Below, piece after piece: positions 54,872 through 64,000 of a stretch of DNA of 64,000 nucleotides. The DNA is from Armatimonadota bacterium (GTDB lineage Bacteria > Armatimonadota > Armatimonadia > Armatimonadales > Armatimonadaceae): contig JAYUUO010000001.1 of the NCBI GenBank assembly GCA_043754515.1, forward strand, positions 538 through 64,537. Reading direction: 5' to 3'. The translations under genes were made by a program, and so were the position numbers. Numbering within the stretch: position 1 is the stretch's first letter; each line of letters starts with the position of its first letter. The notes below the pieces were generated by a model, which was not told the origin of the DNA, did no database searches, and saw only the letters and a list, made by a program, of their open reading frames with translations.

Positions 54872-57163
54872 CTACTCCACGAGGCGCAACTGCGTTTTGT
54901 CGGGCACCAGAATCCTCGCGGCGGCGGTCTTGCGCACGAGCAGGTCTATCTCGCGGGCGGAGGTCGGTTGCGACACCAGGTAGCCCTGCATCGCGTCGCA
55001 GCCGAGCGCACGGAGCGTGTCGCGTTGCGCCTCGGTTTCCACCCCCTCCGCGATCACTTCCATTTCGCAGGCGTGCCCGAGTTCCACTAGGGCGCGCACC
55101 ATCGCCTCGCCCTTCGGGTCCTCGCCGATGGGCGTCACGAACGAACGGTCAATCTTCAGCACGTCGAGCGGGAAGGTGCGCAGGTAGGAGAGAGACGAGT
55201 AGCCGGTGCCGAAGTCGTCAATCGAAAGCCTCACCCCGAGTGCCTTCAGGTCTTTAAGTCGCTGCTTCACGTTATCCCCCTTGACGAGCATCCCCTCCGT
55301 CATTTCGATGTCGAGGTACTCGGCGGGCAGGTCGGCCTCGCGTAGCACCTCCTTGATCAGTTCCACTATCCAATTTTGGTCGAACTGCCGACCGGACAGG
55401 TTGACCGAAACGCGGAGCGGAGCACCGGCCTCGACCCAGCGCGCCGCCTGCGCCACCGCCTCGCGCAGAACGAAATCGCCGATGGGGATGATGAGGCCCG
55501 TCTCCTCGGCGAGCGGAATAAACTGCACGGGGGAAATGCGCCCGAGCGTGGGCGAATCCCACCGTATCAGGGCCTCGACGCCATAGATGGTTCCCGTGGC
55601 AAGATCTACCTGCGGCTGGTACAGAAGATATAGTTCGTTCCTGTCAAGAGCCTTGCGCAACTGGTTCTCGAGTTCGAGGCGGTCCTTTGCGCGGGCGTTC
55701 ATCGCCTGCGTGTATACCCGGTACGAGTCGCGCCCCCCTTCTTTGGCGCGGTACATCGCCGTGTCCGCGTTTTTAAGCAGTGCCGCCGAATCCACGCCGT
55801 CGCGCGGCGCGAGCGAAAGCCCGATGCTCGCCGTCACGAACAGTTCCTGCCCGTCAATATCGAACGGCTCGTCCATCGTCTCTAGTAGCAGACGCGCCGT
55901 CTCCTCCGCGATCTCCTGCCCGGAAATGTCCGGCAACAGGATAGTGAACTCGTCCCCGCCCATGCGGGCCACGGTGTCACCGCCGCGTAGTCGCTCGCCG
56001 AGCCGCTTCGCCACTCCCTGTAGGAGTTTGTCACCGACCGGGTGCCCCAGCGTATCGTTTATCTGTTTGAAACGGTCGAGATCGAAGAACAGAATACCGA
56101 CCTGGCCTTCGGTGATCTGCGCGGCGCGGATGGCGTCCGCGAGGCGCCGCTCGAAAAGCGTGCGGTTCGGCAAGCCGGTGAGCGCGTCGTGCGTCGCCTG
56201 ATGCGCTATCCGCTCCGTGGCCGACTTCTGCTCCGTGATATCGCGTTGCACCGACATCCATCCGCCGGGTAAACCATTCGCGTCGTAGATCGGCTGGATG
56301 TTAAGCTCCACCCAGAACTCGGTGCCATTCTTTTTGTAGTTGAGCAGTTCGACGCGCGCGGGCTGGAAGGCGTACAACTTCGCCTGAAGGAAGGCGGCGA
56401 CTTCGGGATCCGTGCGGTGGCCTTGCAACATTTTCGGCGACCGTTGCGCCAACTCCTCGCGGGTGTAGCCAGTCATGCGCTCGAAGGCGGGGTTGACATA
56501 AATCAGGCGCATCGTCTGACCGAGATGCATCGGAGCCTCATAGAGCATTATCACGTCGTTGGTGGACTCCACGGCGGATTCCAGCCGCGTCGCCTTCGCC
56601 AGCGTGCGTTGCATCTGGCGCACCTGATTTTCCAGCGCGTTTTTAGTCTCGACTAGTTCCGTCTCGCGCGACACTAGATGCGCTTCGAGTTGCTGGTGCG
56701 CGACGTTCAGTTTCGCGCGGCCCCGTTCCTCGGATTGGAACGCGAGCGCGAACTCTTTCTCCTTGCGTAATCCGTCCCGCAATCCGTGGCTGATTCCCGC
56801 GCTCACCAGTCCGAGCGAACCCAGCCCGAGCAGAGCCAGAATCGCCTTAAATGGCGTCAAGTCCGGGGCGATAGGCGCGGGGTTGACCACCACTTTGATA
56901 GGCTTCTTGGCAGGGGGGGCGGAGGGGCGGAGGGGAGGAACGGGTGCGCGAGGGGCGGGAACGAAGGATAATCCGACCAGAGTGATGAATGACGCTCCCG
57001 TGCCGATCAAGCCCGCGCGGGTCAATCGCGGGGCACGGTTCGTCGCGGGCGACACACCGGGCAAAGACACGGTAGATTCAGACACCGCCTTCGTCGGGGT
57101 GTCTTTCTTCGTAGTCGGGATGCCGCCGATGCGCGGCTTATCCAGGGAGGGTGGCGTGGTCAT
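54872..57163 (-). CDS. membrane-anchored PAS-GGDEF-EAL protein
   Basis: Coiled-coil and PAS regions, RMGGDEFTILL (GGDEF), GVEALIRW (EAL), and DDFGTGYSSLSYL. Confidence 0.9.
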   Translation of the reverse strand: MTTPPSLDKPRIGGIPTTKKDTPTKAVSESTVSLPGVSPATNRAPRLTRAGLIGTGASFITLVGLSFVPAPRAPVPPLRPSAPPAKKPIKVVVNPAPIAPDLTPFKAILALLGLGSLGLVSAGISHGLRDGLRKEKEFALAFQSEERGRAKLNVAHQQLEAHLVSRETELVETKNALENQVRQMQRTLAKATRLESAVESTNDVIMLYEAPMHLGQTMRLIYVNPAFERMTGYTREELAQRSPKMLQGHRTDPEVAAFLQAKLYAFQPARVELLNYKKNGTEFWVELNIQPIYDANGLPGGWMSVQRDITEQKSATERIAHQATHDALTGLPNRTLFERRLADAIRAAQITEGQVGILFFDLDRFKQINDTLGHPVGDKLLQGVAKRLGERLRGGDTVARMGGDEFTILLPDISGQEIAEETARLLLETMDEPFDIDGQELFVTASIGLSLAPRDGVDSAALLKNADTAMYRAKEGGRDSYRVYTQAMNARAKDRLELENQLRKALDRNELYLLYQPQVDLATGTIYGVEALIRWDSPTLGRISPVQFIPLAEETGLIIPIGDFVLREAVAQAARWVEAGAPLRVSVNLSGRQFDQNWIVELIKEVLREADLPAEYLDIEMTEGMLVKGDNVKQRLKDLKALGVRLSIDDFGTGYSSLSYLRTFPLDVLKIDRSFVTPIGEDPKGEAMVRALVELGHACEMEVIAEGVETEAQRDTLRALGCDAMQGYLVSQPTSAREIDLLVRKTAAARILVPDKTQLRLVE

Positions 57164-57387
57164 GCGTTCGCTGCTTATCCGTTTCGTATTATCGTTAAAG
57201 TTATTAATTTGTCAAGGGGGCGGGTTTGCGCCTTTCCTCCGAAACGGGTATAACCCGCATGGCGTCGGCGTCGCGGGTACCCCGCGTCGCCCAGACGCCC
57301 GTAGTTGTTTGTCGGTCATTCGCGCCCGCGCGTGTAACGAAATATCGCGCGGTCCGTCAAACAATTGTGTGTTAACCCGAACTCTAC

Positions 57388-60300
57388 ATGAACCTATCGC
57401 AACTTTTACCGCTACTCGACGGCTATGAGCCGCTCACAGCCGTCTCGGAGGCACTCGGTCGTCGCAAACGACGCGCCCCGCTTCTGGAGGGCGTGCCCGT
57501 CGCCGCGAAGGGCTTTTTACTGGCGCGGTTGCAGGGCGACTTGGGTCGCCCGCTCGTGATCGTTACCTACTCCGACGAACAAGCGATCCGTCTCGCCGAG
57601 GATTTGCGCCGCTTCCTCCCGGATGACTCGCTCCCGGTGCGCCTGCTGCCATCGTCGCTCGCGCTCGTGCTCGATGACGAAGAGGGCGGGCGGGACGTTT
57701 CCCGCGCCGGTCAGCGGGTGGCCGCCCTCGCGGGCCTCGCCGATAGCGACTCGTCGCACCTCGTGACTTCCATCACCGCGCTGATACAGAAGACCCCCCC
57801 GCCTTCGGTGCTCAAAAACCGACGTATGACCTTGTCCGTTGGCGATTCCGTCAGCCTCGACGTGCTCTCCGCGCGCCTCGGCGCGTTCGGGTACGTACGC
57901 GAGGATCAGGTCTCCGTGCCCGGCACGTTCGCCCGCCGTGGCGACATCCTTGACGTCTTCCCGGCGGACTCCCTGAAGCCGATCCGCATAGACCTGTTCG
58001 GTGACGAGATCGAGACGATCCGCCCCTTCGACCGCGAAACCCAGCGTTCCGATGGCAAGCAGACCGCCGTAGTCGTGCCCGCCGCCCACGAAGTGACTTA
58101 CACCCGCGACACGATGGCGTCCGCGCCCGCCGCTCTACGTAAGCGTCTGGAGAAACAGCTCGCCGTGTCGCGTAAAGACGGTGCCGACGTCGCGCATTTG
58201 GACAAACTGCGCGACGCCGTCGAAGACGACGCCGTTAAACTCTCGCAAGCCGTCTACTTCCCCGGCGTCGAGCGGTATATTTCGCTCCTGCATCCGGACG
58301 CGGTGTGCGCCCTCGACTACCTTGCGGGCGACGCGCTCGTTGTGTTGGACGAGCCCGCGCAGATGGAGTCGCACGCGGAACGCGACATCAGCGTGGTACG
58401 CAAGAATCTTGCCAACCGCGCTAGTCGCGCGGAAATTATTTTACTGCCCGAGCCGCTGTGCCTCGATTTCACCGAAGCGGGCGCGAAATTGACCGAGAAT
58501 CGTCAATCGCTTTCGTTCTCGCTCCTCGCGCGATCCGTGTCGTGGCTCTCCCACGACGCGCATTTCCACACCGACGCCGCGCCCGCCGAAAGTTTCGCCG
58601 GTAAGCCCGCCCTGCTCGGCGATGCCCTTCGCACTTATAAGACCAAGATGAACGCCCGCGTGGTGGTCGTGTCAGTGCAGGCACCGCGCGTTCGCGGCGT
58701 ACTCACCGAACGCGAACTCGGGGAGTCACCCGTGTTCGGTCTGCGAACGGCGGCCGGAATTGCGCTGGTGGACGGTATGCTCCGCTCCGGTTTCCGCCTG
58801 ACAGACGGCCGACTCGTCGTTCTGACCGACACGGAGATTTTCGGCACCACAGGCGAGCGAATCGAGGCGCAGAAGAAGCGCAAGCGCGAGTTCCGCGACG
58901 GGATGCGTATCACGTCGCTACTGGAGCTGAAAACCGGCGACTTCGTGGTTCATATTCAGCACGGGATAGGTCAGTTCACCGGCCTTACACGGATGACGGT
59001 ACAGGGCGCGGATCGCGAGTACATGGAGATCGCCTACGAGGGCGGCGACAAACTTTTCGTGCCGTCCGATCAGGTGGACCGTGTCCAGAAGTACATCGGC
59101 TCCGAGGGCGCGGCACCCAATGTCAGCAAATTAGGCGGGAACGACTGGGAACGTGCCAAGAGCCGTGCCAAAAAGCAGGTTAAGGAAATAGCACAGGATC
59201 TTATCATTCTGTACGCCGCGCGTTCGTCGCAAGAGGGCTACTCCTACGGCGCGGATACGCCATGGCAGAACGAGATGGAGGATGCGTTCCCATACACCGA
59301 AACTCCCGATCAGTTAGCCGCCATTGAGGACGTCAAGCGGGATCTTGAGTCGCCGCGTCCGATGGACCGCCTGATCTGCGGCGATGTCGGCTATGGCAAG
59401 ACTGAGGTCGCGGTGCGTGCCGCATTCAAGGTCGCGAGTGAGGGGCGGCAGGTGGCGGTTTTGTGCCCTACAACGGTGCTGGCGGCGCAACATCTCAGCG
59501 TGTTCAGTGAACGACTCTCGGCGTTCCCGATGACAGTGGACATGATGTCGCGCTTCCGCTCGTCGAAGGAGTTAGCCAAGACCGCCGAGGCGATTAAAAT
59601 CGGCGCGGTTGACATAGTCATCGGGACCCACCGCCTCTTATCTAAGGACATCGTGTGGAAGGATCTCGGGCTGGTGATCGTGGACGAGGAGCAACGGTTC
59701 GGCGTCACGCACAAAGAGCGGTTGAAGCAGATCCGCCAGACGGTGGACGTACTCGCCATGTCCGCGACCCCGATCCCACGCACCCTGCAAATGTCGCTGT
59801 CGGGTATCCGCGACATGTCACTGATCAACGACCCGCCGGAAGGGCGGATGCCGGTCAAGACGTTCATCAAGGATTACGACGACGAGTTGGTGCGCGACGC
59901 GCTTCAGGCGGAACTGGATCGGGGAGGGCAGGCGTTCTTCCTGCATAACCGCGTGGACAGCATCTATCACACCGCGAGTAAGCTGGAGAAGATTCTGCCA
60001 GCCTGCCGGTTCCGGGTCGCGCACGGGCAGATGGGCGAGGACGAGTTGGAAGAAACGATGCTGGAGTTTTACGAGCATAAATTTGACTGTCTCGTCTGCA
60101 CCACCATTGTTGAGTCGGGTCTCGACGTGCCGAATGTGAACACGATCATGATTGATAACGCGGATAAACTCGGCCTGTCGCAGTTGTACCAGCTGCGCGG
60201 GCGGGTCGGTCGGTCGCGCCGACAGGGCTACTGCTACCTGATGAACCGCAAATTGAAGTCGCTTTCCACGGTCGCGGAACAGCGGCTCAGCGCGCTCCGC

Positions 60301-61008
60301 GAGTTTTCCGACCTCGGCTCCGGCTACAAGATCGCGCTCCGCGACCTGGAACTTCGCGGCGCGGGCAACATCCTCGGCGCGGAGCAGTCGGGCACCGTTG
60401 CGTCGGTCGGCTTCGACCTTTATACGCAACTGCTGGAGGAGGCAATCAACGAGATGAAGGGGAAGGTGCCGACGCAAAAAGAGGAGCCTCTCCCGGCCGC
60501 CGATCTGCCGGTCGCCGCGAGCATCCCGGAGAAGTACGTGCCCGGCGAGGCGCAACGCATCCTCATGTACAAAAAACTCGCGGCGGTGCGGGCGAAAGAG
60601 GACGTCGGGCGGTTGCAGGAGGAGTTCGAGGACCGGTTTGGCGACCCACCGCAACCCGTCTGGAACCTGCTCTCACTCCTGCGTCTGCGCCTGCGCTGTA
60701 AAGAGGTAGGGATCGAAAGCGTCACCACGGAAGGGACTACGATCGCGATCCTGTTTAACAAGGAGACCAAGTTGCCTTATCAAACGCTCCGTCCACTGAC
60801 GCAGGCATTCAAAGCGCAAGGGGGGACGTTCAACGAAGGGCGCGTGTCGCTCGCCATTCAGTCGGCGCAGGTGCTTCGACAGGTTGAGGATATGGTCGAG
60901 ATCCTGGCGAAGGCCATTTCGGAGAAGACGCCGCCGCCTGTGCCCGCGCCCGCCGTCGGCAAGCTCAGCGAGCGACCGCGTCGCGCCGTGACCGCGCCGC
61001 GACGGTAG
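57388..61008 (+). CDS. mfd: transcription-repair coupling factor
   Basis: UvrB-homology N-terminus, CarD-like GDFVVHIQHGIG, helicase motifs GDVGYGKTE and VIVDEEQRFG, and a TRCF C-terminal domain. Confidence 0.95.
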   Translation: MNLSQLLPLLDGYEPLTAVSEALGRRKRRAPLLEGVPVAAKGFLLARLQGDLGRPLVIVTYSDEQAIRLAEDLRRFLPDDSLPVRLLPSSLALVLDDEEGGRDVSRAGQRVAALAGLADSDSSHLVTSITALIQKTPPPSVLKNRRMTLSVGDSVSLDVLSARLGAFGYVREDQVSVPGTFARRGDILDVFPADSLKPIRIDLFGDEIETIRPFDRETQRSDGKQTAVVVPAAHEVTYTRDTMASAPAALRKRLEKQLAVSRKDGADVAHLDKLRDAVEDDAVKLSQAVYFPGVERYISLLHPDAVCALDYLAGDALVVLDEPAQMESHAERDISVVRKNLANRASRAEIILLPEPLCLDFTEAGAKLTENRQSLSFSLLARSVSWLSHDAHFHTDAAPAESFAGKPALLGDALRTYKTKMNARVVVVSVQAPRVRGVLTERELGESPVFGLRTAAGIALVDGMLRSGFRLTDGRLVVLTDTEIFGTTGERIEAQKKRKREFRDGMRITSLLELKTGDFVVHIQHGIGQFTGLTRMTVQGADREYMEIAYEGGDKLFVPSDQVDRVQKYIGSEGAAPNVSKLGGNDWERAKSRAKKQVKEIAQDLIILYAARSSQEGYSYGADTPWQNEMEDAFPYTETPDQLAAIEDVKRDLESPRPMDRLICGDVGYGKTEVAVRAAFKVASEGRQVAVLCPTTVLAAQHLSVFSERLSAFPMTVDMMSRFRSSKELAKTAEAIKIGAVDIVIGTHRLLSKDIVWKDLGLVIVDEEQRFGVTHKERLKQIRQTVDVLAMSATPIPRTLQMSLSGIRDMSLINDPPEGRMPVKTFIKDYDDELVRDALQAELDRGGQAFFLHNRVDSIYHTASKLEKILPACRFRVAHGQMGEDELEETMLEFYEHKFDCLVCTTIVESGLDVPNVNTIMIDNADKLGLSQLYQLRGRVGRSRRQGYCYLMNRKLKSLSTVAEQRLSALREFSDLGSGYKIALRDLELRGAGNILGAEQSGTVASVGFDLYTQLLEEAINEMKGKVPTQKEEPLPAADLPVAASIPEKYVPGEAQRILMYKKLAAVRAKEDVGRLQEEFEDRFGDPPQPVWNLLSLLRLRLRCKEVGIESVTTEGTTIAILFNKETKLPYQTLRPLTQAFKAQGGTFNEGRVSLAIQSAQVLRQVEDMVEILAKAISEKTPPPVPAPAVGKLSERPRRAVTAPRR

Positions 61009-61014
61009 CTGGAG

Positions 61015-61623
61015 ATGATACATACCACCGAGCGTGCTATGTCCGATGTGGAGGCTCGCTTTGCTACCGATAGACTTACCGTGTTGACACGCAGAGATTG
61101 CGGTTGGTTCTGGAAACAGGTCTTCGCGCGGGGGACATACAAGAGCGACGTCGCTAAATGGGCAGCCATTGTTACGAATCGCACGATGGAGGTGTTGCGG
61201 GTCGAGGCGACAGGCGTGAGCGCGATAGAAGCGGACGAGGATACGGGCGAGAACCTTTATTTTTTCGCGGTCGGGGGGAGGAGGATCCTCGCGGTGATGA
61301 GTAACCACTTTCCCTTTGAAGAGACGGATGGGCGAGCGGTCAGCGACATTGAGGACGAACTGCTGGAGGACACCGCGCCACCCTGTTTGAGCTTCACGTT
61401 GACGCGCTTTCCCCGCGACCTCACCCCATTCCACATCAGCACACACAGCGAGGCCATTCCCATCAATGGTCTTGATTTTCCTTTTGACACGGTGGAGTTA
61501 TCAGCTTCCGGAGGGTATTATCCGCTCGACGGCGAAATATTGGAGGGGGTTTCTCTCGACAACATCGTTGCTGATTTGCGTTACCATAGAGTAACCCTTA
61601 ACAACGATGTGACACAGGGTTGA
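61015..61623 (+). CDS. hypothetical protein (202 aa)
   Basis: ORF starting 7 nt after the mfd stop. Acidic, with no motif recognised. Confidence 0.5.
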   Translation: MIHTTERAMSDVEARFATDRLTVLTRRDCGWFWKQVFARGTYKSDVAKWAAIVTNRTMEVLRVEATGVSAIEADEDTGENLYFFAVGGRRILAVMSNHFPFEETDGRAVSDIEDELLEDTAPPCLSFTLTRFPRDLTPFHISTHSEAIPINGLDFPFDTVELSASGGYYPLDGEILEGVSLDNIVADLRYHRVTLNNDVTQG

Positions 61624-61666
61624 CGCCGGACATCCTCTGGGTGGGCAGAGGACAGAAAAGAGCGAA

Positions 61667-62437
61667 ATGACGAACGAACGTTGGACTTTGATTGGTAAAC
61701 AGGCTCTGGTAACGGGCGGGACGAAGGGCATCGGCTACGCCATCGCGGACGAACTGCTCCGGCTCGGCGCGACCGTGACTATCGCCGCCCGCACCGAAGC
61801 CGATGTGCTCGCCCGCGTCGGGGAGTGGCGCGGGGAGGGGCTTAACGCGCGCGGCATCGTCGCCGACCTATCCACGCCGGAGGGCGCGGCTATCGCGGTC
61901 GGTGCCGTCGCGGGCGACGCGCTCGATATCCTCGTCAGCAACGTCGGCACTAACATCCGCAAAACGACGAACGAATACTCCGCCGAGGAGTATAGACATA
62001 TTCTGGGCACCAACCTCGACGGCGCGTTCCATCTGTGTCGGGCCGCGTACTCGCGCCTCGTCGCCGCCGGACAAAGTTCCATCGTGCTGGTCGGCTCCGT
62101 CGCCGGGACAGTCGCGGTGCTGTCCGGACTTCCCTACGCGCTGTCGAAAGCCGCGCTCGACCAGATGGCGCGGTATCTGGCCGTAGAGTGGGGCGCGGAA
62201 GGCATCCGCGTGAACGCCGTCAACCCGTGGTACACGCGCACCCCGCTCGCCGCGCCGCGACTGGACGCGACGCCCGGCTTTCGCGAAAAGGTGCTCGCCG
62301 TCACGCCGCTCCGGCGCATCGCCGAGCCTGAGGATGTCGCGGGCGCGGCGGCGTTCCTGTGCCTACCGGCGGCGCGGCATATTACCGGTCAGACGCTCGC
62401 GGTAGACGGCGGCTTTTTAGCGCAAGGGCTGGCTTGA
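61667..62437 (+). CDS. SDR family oxidoreductase (tropinone-reductase-like)
   Basis: TGGTKGIGYAIA (cofactor-binding motif), NVGTN, and the catalytic YALSKAA (YxxxK). Confidence 0.9.
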   Translation: MTNERWTLIGKQALVTGGTKGIGYAIADELLRLGATVTIAARTEADVLARVGEWRGEGLNARGIVADLSTPEGAAIAVGAVAGDALDILVSNVGTNIRKTTNEYSAEEYRHILGTNLDGAFHLCRAAYSRLVAAGQSSIVLVGSVAGTVAVLSGLPYALSKAALDQMARYLAVEWGAEGIRVNAVNPWYTRTPLAAPRLDATPGFREKVLAVTPLRRIAEPEDVAGAAAFLCLPAARHITGQTLAVDGGFLAQGLA

Positions 62438-64000
62438 CCGGAGCGCGATCCGCGCACAGGAAGCCGAAGATCGCCGCGGCCGGCCCGGTATTTTGATGTA
62501 TCGTGAACTCGCTAGACAGCGGCGAACACCGGTTATTGAACCACCGCTCGTTACCAGGCCACGCGTCTATAGCGGGGTACGCGGTCGGATTCGCCCAATC
62601 GGAATCCCAGGGACCGACTCCCGTGTCCTTCTGCTTGAGCCACGGCCCATACGGGATGACGCCGGGGTGGGGGCGGCCCTTGCCGTTATACCAGGCGTCC
62701 ATGTGGAACACTCGCGTCGGGTAGCGGGGGCCTAGTCCCGTCACCCACGTCTGGTTTAGCGTATTGGTGCCGAGGAAATAGTCGCAGGTGGTGTAGAGCG
62801 CGGCCAGATAAGCGCGGGCGCGTTCCGGCTCGGTCGCCCGCGTCAGAGTGTAGCCAACCGCGCCCTCCAACACGATCGGCGTGGTCTGTTGCCCAACCAG
62901 CATCGGGAACCCGAAGTCCCTCCCCAGCGCAGGGCGCGCTTCGCTGATGTCGCGATCAGCGTTTCGTCCGCCGTGCGCAACACGGCGGCGCACATCCGCG
63001 CCACTAAAGCCGGGTCGCGTTGCTTCTCCCCGTCGCCCCCGCCCAGCGCGTAAACGAACGGCCCGTACCGCGCGTCGCCGCGTAGTACCGTGTCCGCCTT
63101 GACGTCGCCGGTATCAGCGGCGAACTGTTTCTCGAACGATTTATCGCCGGTCAGTCGGAATAGCGCGGCGGCGGCATAGGCGCGCGGCTCGCGCAGACTC
63201 TCGGACGTGTTGTTCTCATCGCCGGGACGGGTGTTCGCCCGCGCCCACGCATACGACTCACGGGCCTCCTTCGCCCAGTCTACCCCTTGCGCATCTGGCT
63301 TCACGCTGGCCTGACGCAGGGCATAGGCGAGACTCGCCGCTACCCCGGCGTAGCGGTAGCTTGACCACGGGTCCTCGCCCGAGACCATCCATATACGGTC
63401 CGTGTCTTCCCACGAGCCGCGCCCGGCTTTGGTGCCGTCTAGTAGCGTGCCCTCGTCGGTTCCGAATGCGTCGCCTGCAACGCGCAACCCGATGCCGCCG
63501 GTGCCCCAGTCCTTCGCTTTCAATTCCGCGCGCAATCGGTAGCAGAAGCGGGGGAGCCACGCGGCTTCGTCAAGAATGTCCAGCACGCCGTTCCCGGACT
63601 CGGGGATGTTCAGCTCCCCGTCGGCGAACTTAGCCGGGGTCATGCTGTAGACCGTTAGCAACTCCTGCGCGACTTTTAGATGGGTGTAGTAACTATCCCA
63701 ATCGCCCGCGTCCTGGTACCAGCCCCATGCGCTCTGGAGCGTGCCGGGCGAGTCGGCCATCAGTTTCTTCGCGTGCCGCCTTCGCTACCCCATTCCTGCC
63801 ACCGGACACGGGTGTATCGAAACTTCCCCGCGAACCCCGGCGTCAGGTTCGGATTATGCGGCGTGGGCCGCTCGAACCCGGTGTACGGCTTGGTTAGCGC
63901 GATCCCGGAGCGGTTGTGGTACAGGCCCCGCGCCACTGTGCGGAAGGCGGGGTGGTAAACGTCGGCACCGAGCCGAAATGGGAACGAGCAACCGACGCCT
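62382..64000 (-). pseudogene. glycoside hydrolase family 9-like gene with frameshifts (continues past the window end)
   Basis: AWGWYQDAGDWDSY (GH9 GGWxDAGD-like) in ORF 62843-63760. The C-terminal part (NQTWVTGLGPRYP...SSEFTIHQN) is in ORF 62382-62993 in another frame, with the junction near 62955. Upstream of 63760 the homology continues in yet another frame. Confidence 0.6.

Noticed and set aside
1-64000. A scan for CRISPR arrays, rRNA, tRNA, tmRNA, RNase P, integrases, transposases, reverse transcriptases and phage structural genes.
   Set aside because: I saw no regularly spaced direct repeats, no tRNA-like T-arm (GGTTCGA-type) in intergenic regions, and no integrase, transposase or YxDD motifs in any translation. 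The only mobile elements supported are the three inteins and the palindromic repeats. A visual scan can miss short RNAs.

Overview
High-GC bacterial chromosomal segment, densely coding on both strands. I recognised no rRNA, tRNA or CRISPR array. Clear housekeeping genes are thrS, an ABC-F ATPase, nadK, gyrA, mnmA, bpt, ychF and mfd. They are interleaved with envelope and signalling genes: a DUF1501/DUF1800 pair, an HlyD adaptor, two histidine kinases, a PAS-GGDEF-EAL protein, a prepilin-like H-X9-DG protein and a TlpA-like thioredoxin. Several accessory or decaying loci are also present.

Main observations:
1. gyrA (32848-39627) is 2259 aa because it carries three inteins inside about 50 extein residues around the QRDR and the catalytic Tyr. 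Two carry LAGLIDADG endonucleases. One carries an HNH endonuclease plus about nine tandem W-x-D-x-x-[YF]-R repeats.
2. A vWA / PP2C / Ser-Thr-kinase triad (TerY-P type, 4883-8452) is followed by an AT-richer islet of unrecognisable small ORFs.
3. A two-gene module (23201-28962) consists of a 159-aa unknown protein translationally coupled to a 1758-aa DUF4132-type giant protein. That ORF contains an in-frame 170-bp palindrome with perfect 60-bp arms.
4. An orphan McrC/DUF524-like PD-(D/E)xK nuclease lies next to thrS.
5. Gene decay is unusually dense in the right half: a pilT-like gene, a PEP-CTERM protein, a Dam-like methylase with its restriction endonuclease, and a GH9 hydrolase.
6. A minus-strand intrinsic terminator upstream of gyrA has no ORF to terminate, so a small RNA is possible.

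The gene content (H-X9-DG prepilin-like protein, PEP-CTERM, DUF1501/DUF1800) suggests an Armatimonadota- or Planctomycetota-like lineage, but that is only a guess. All calls rest on reading motifs in the supplied translations and the DNA. No database search was run.
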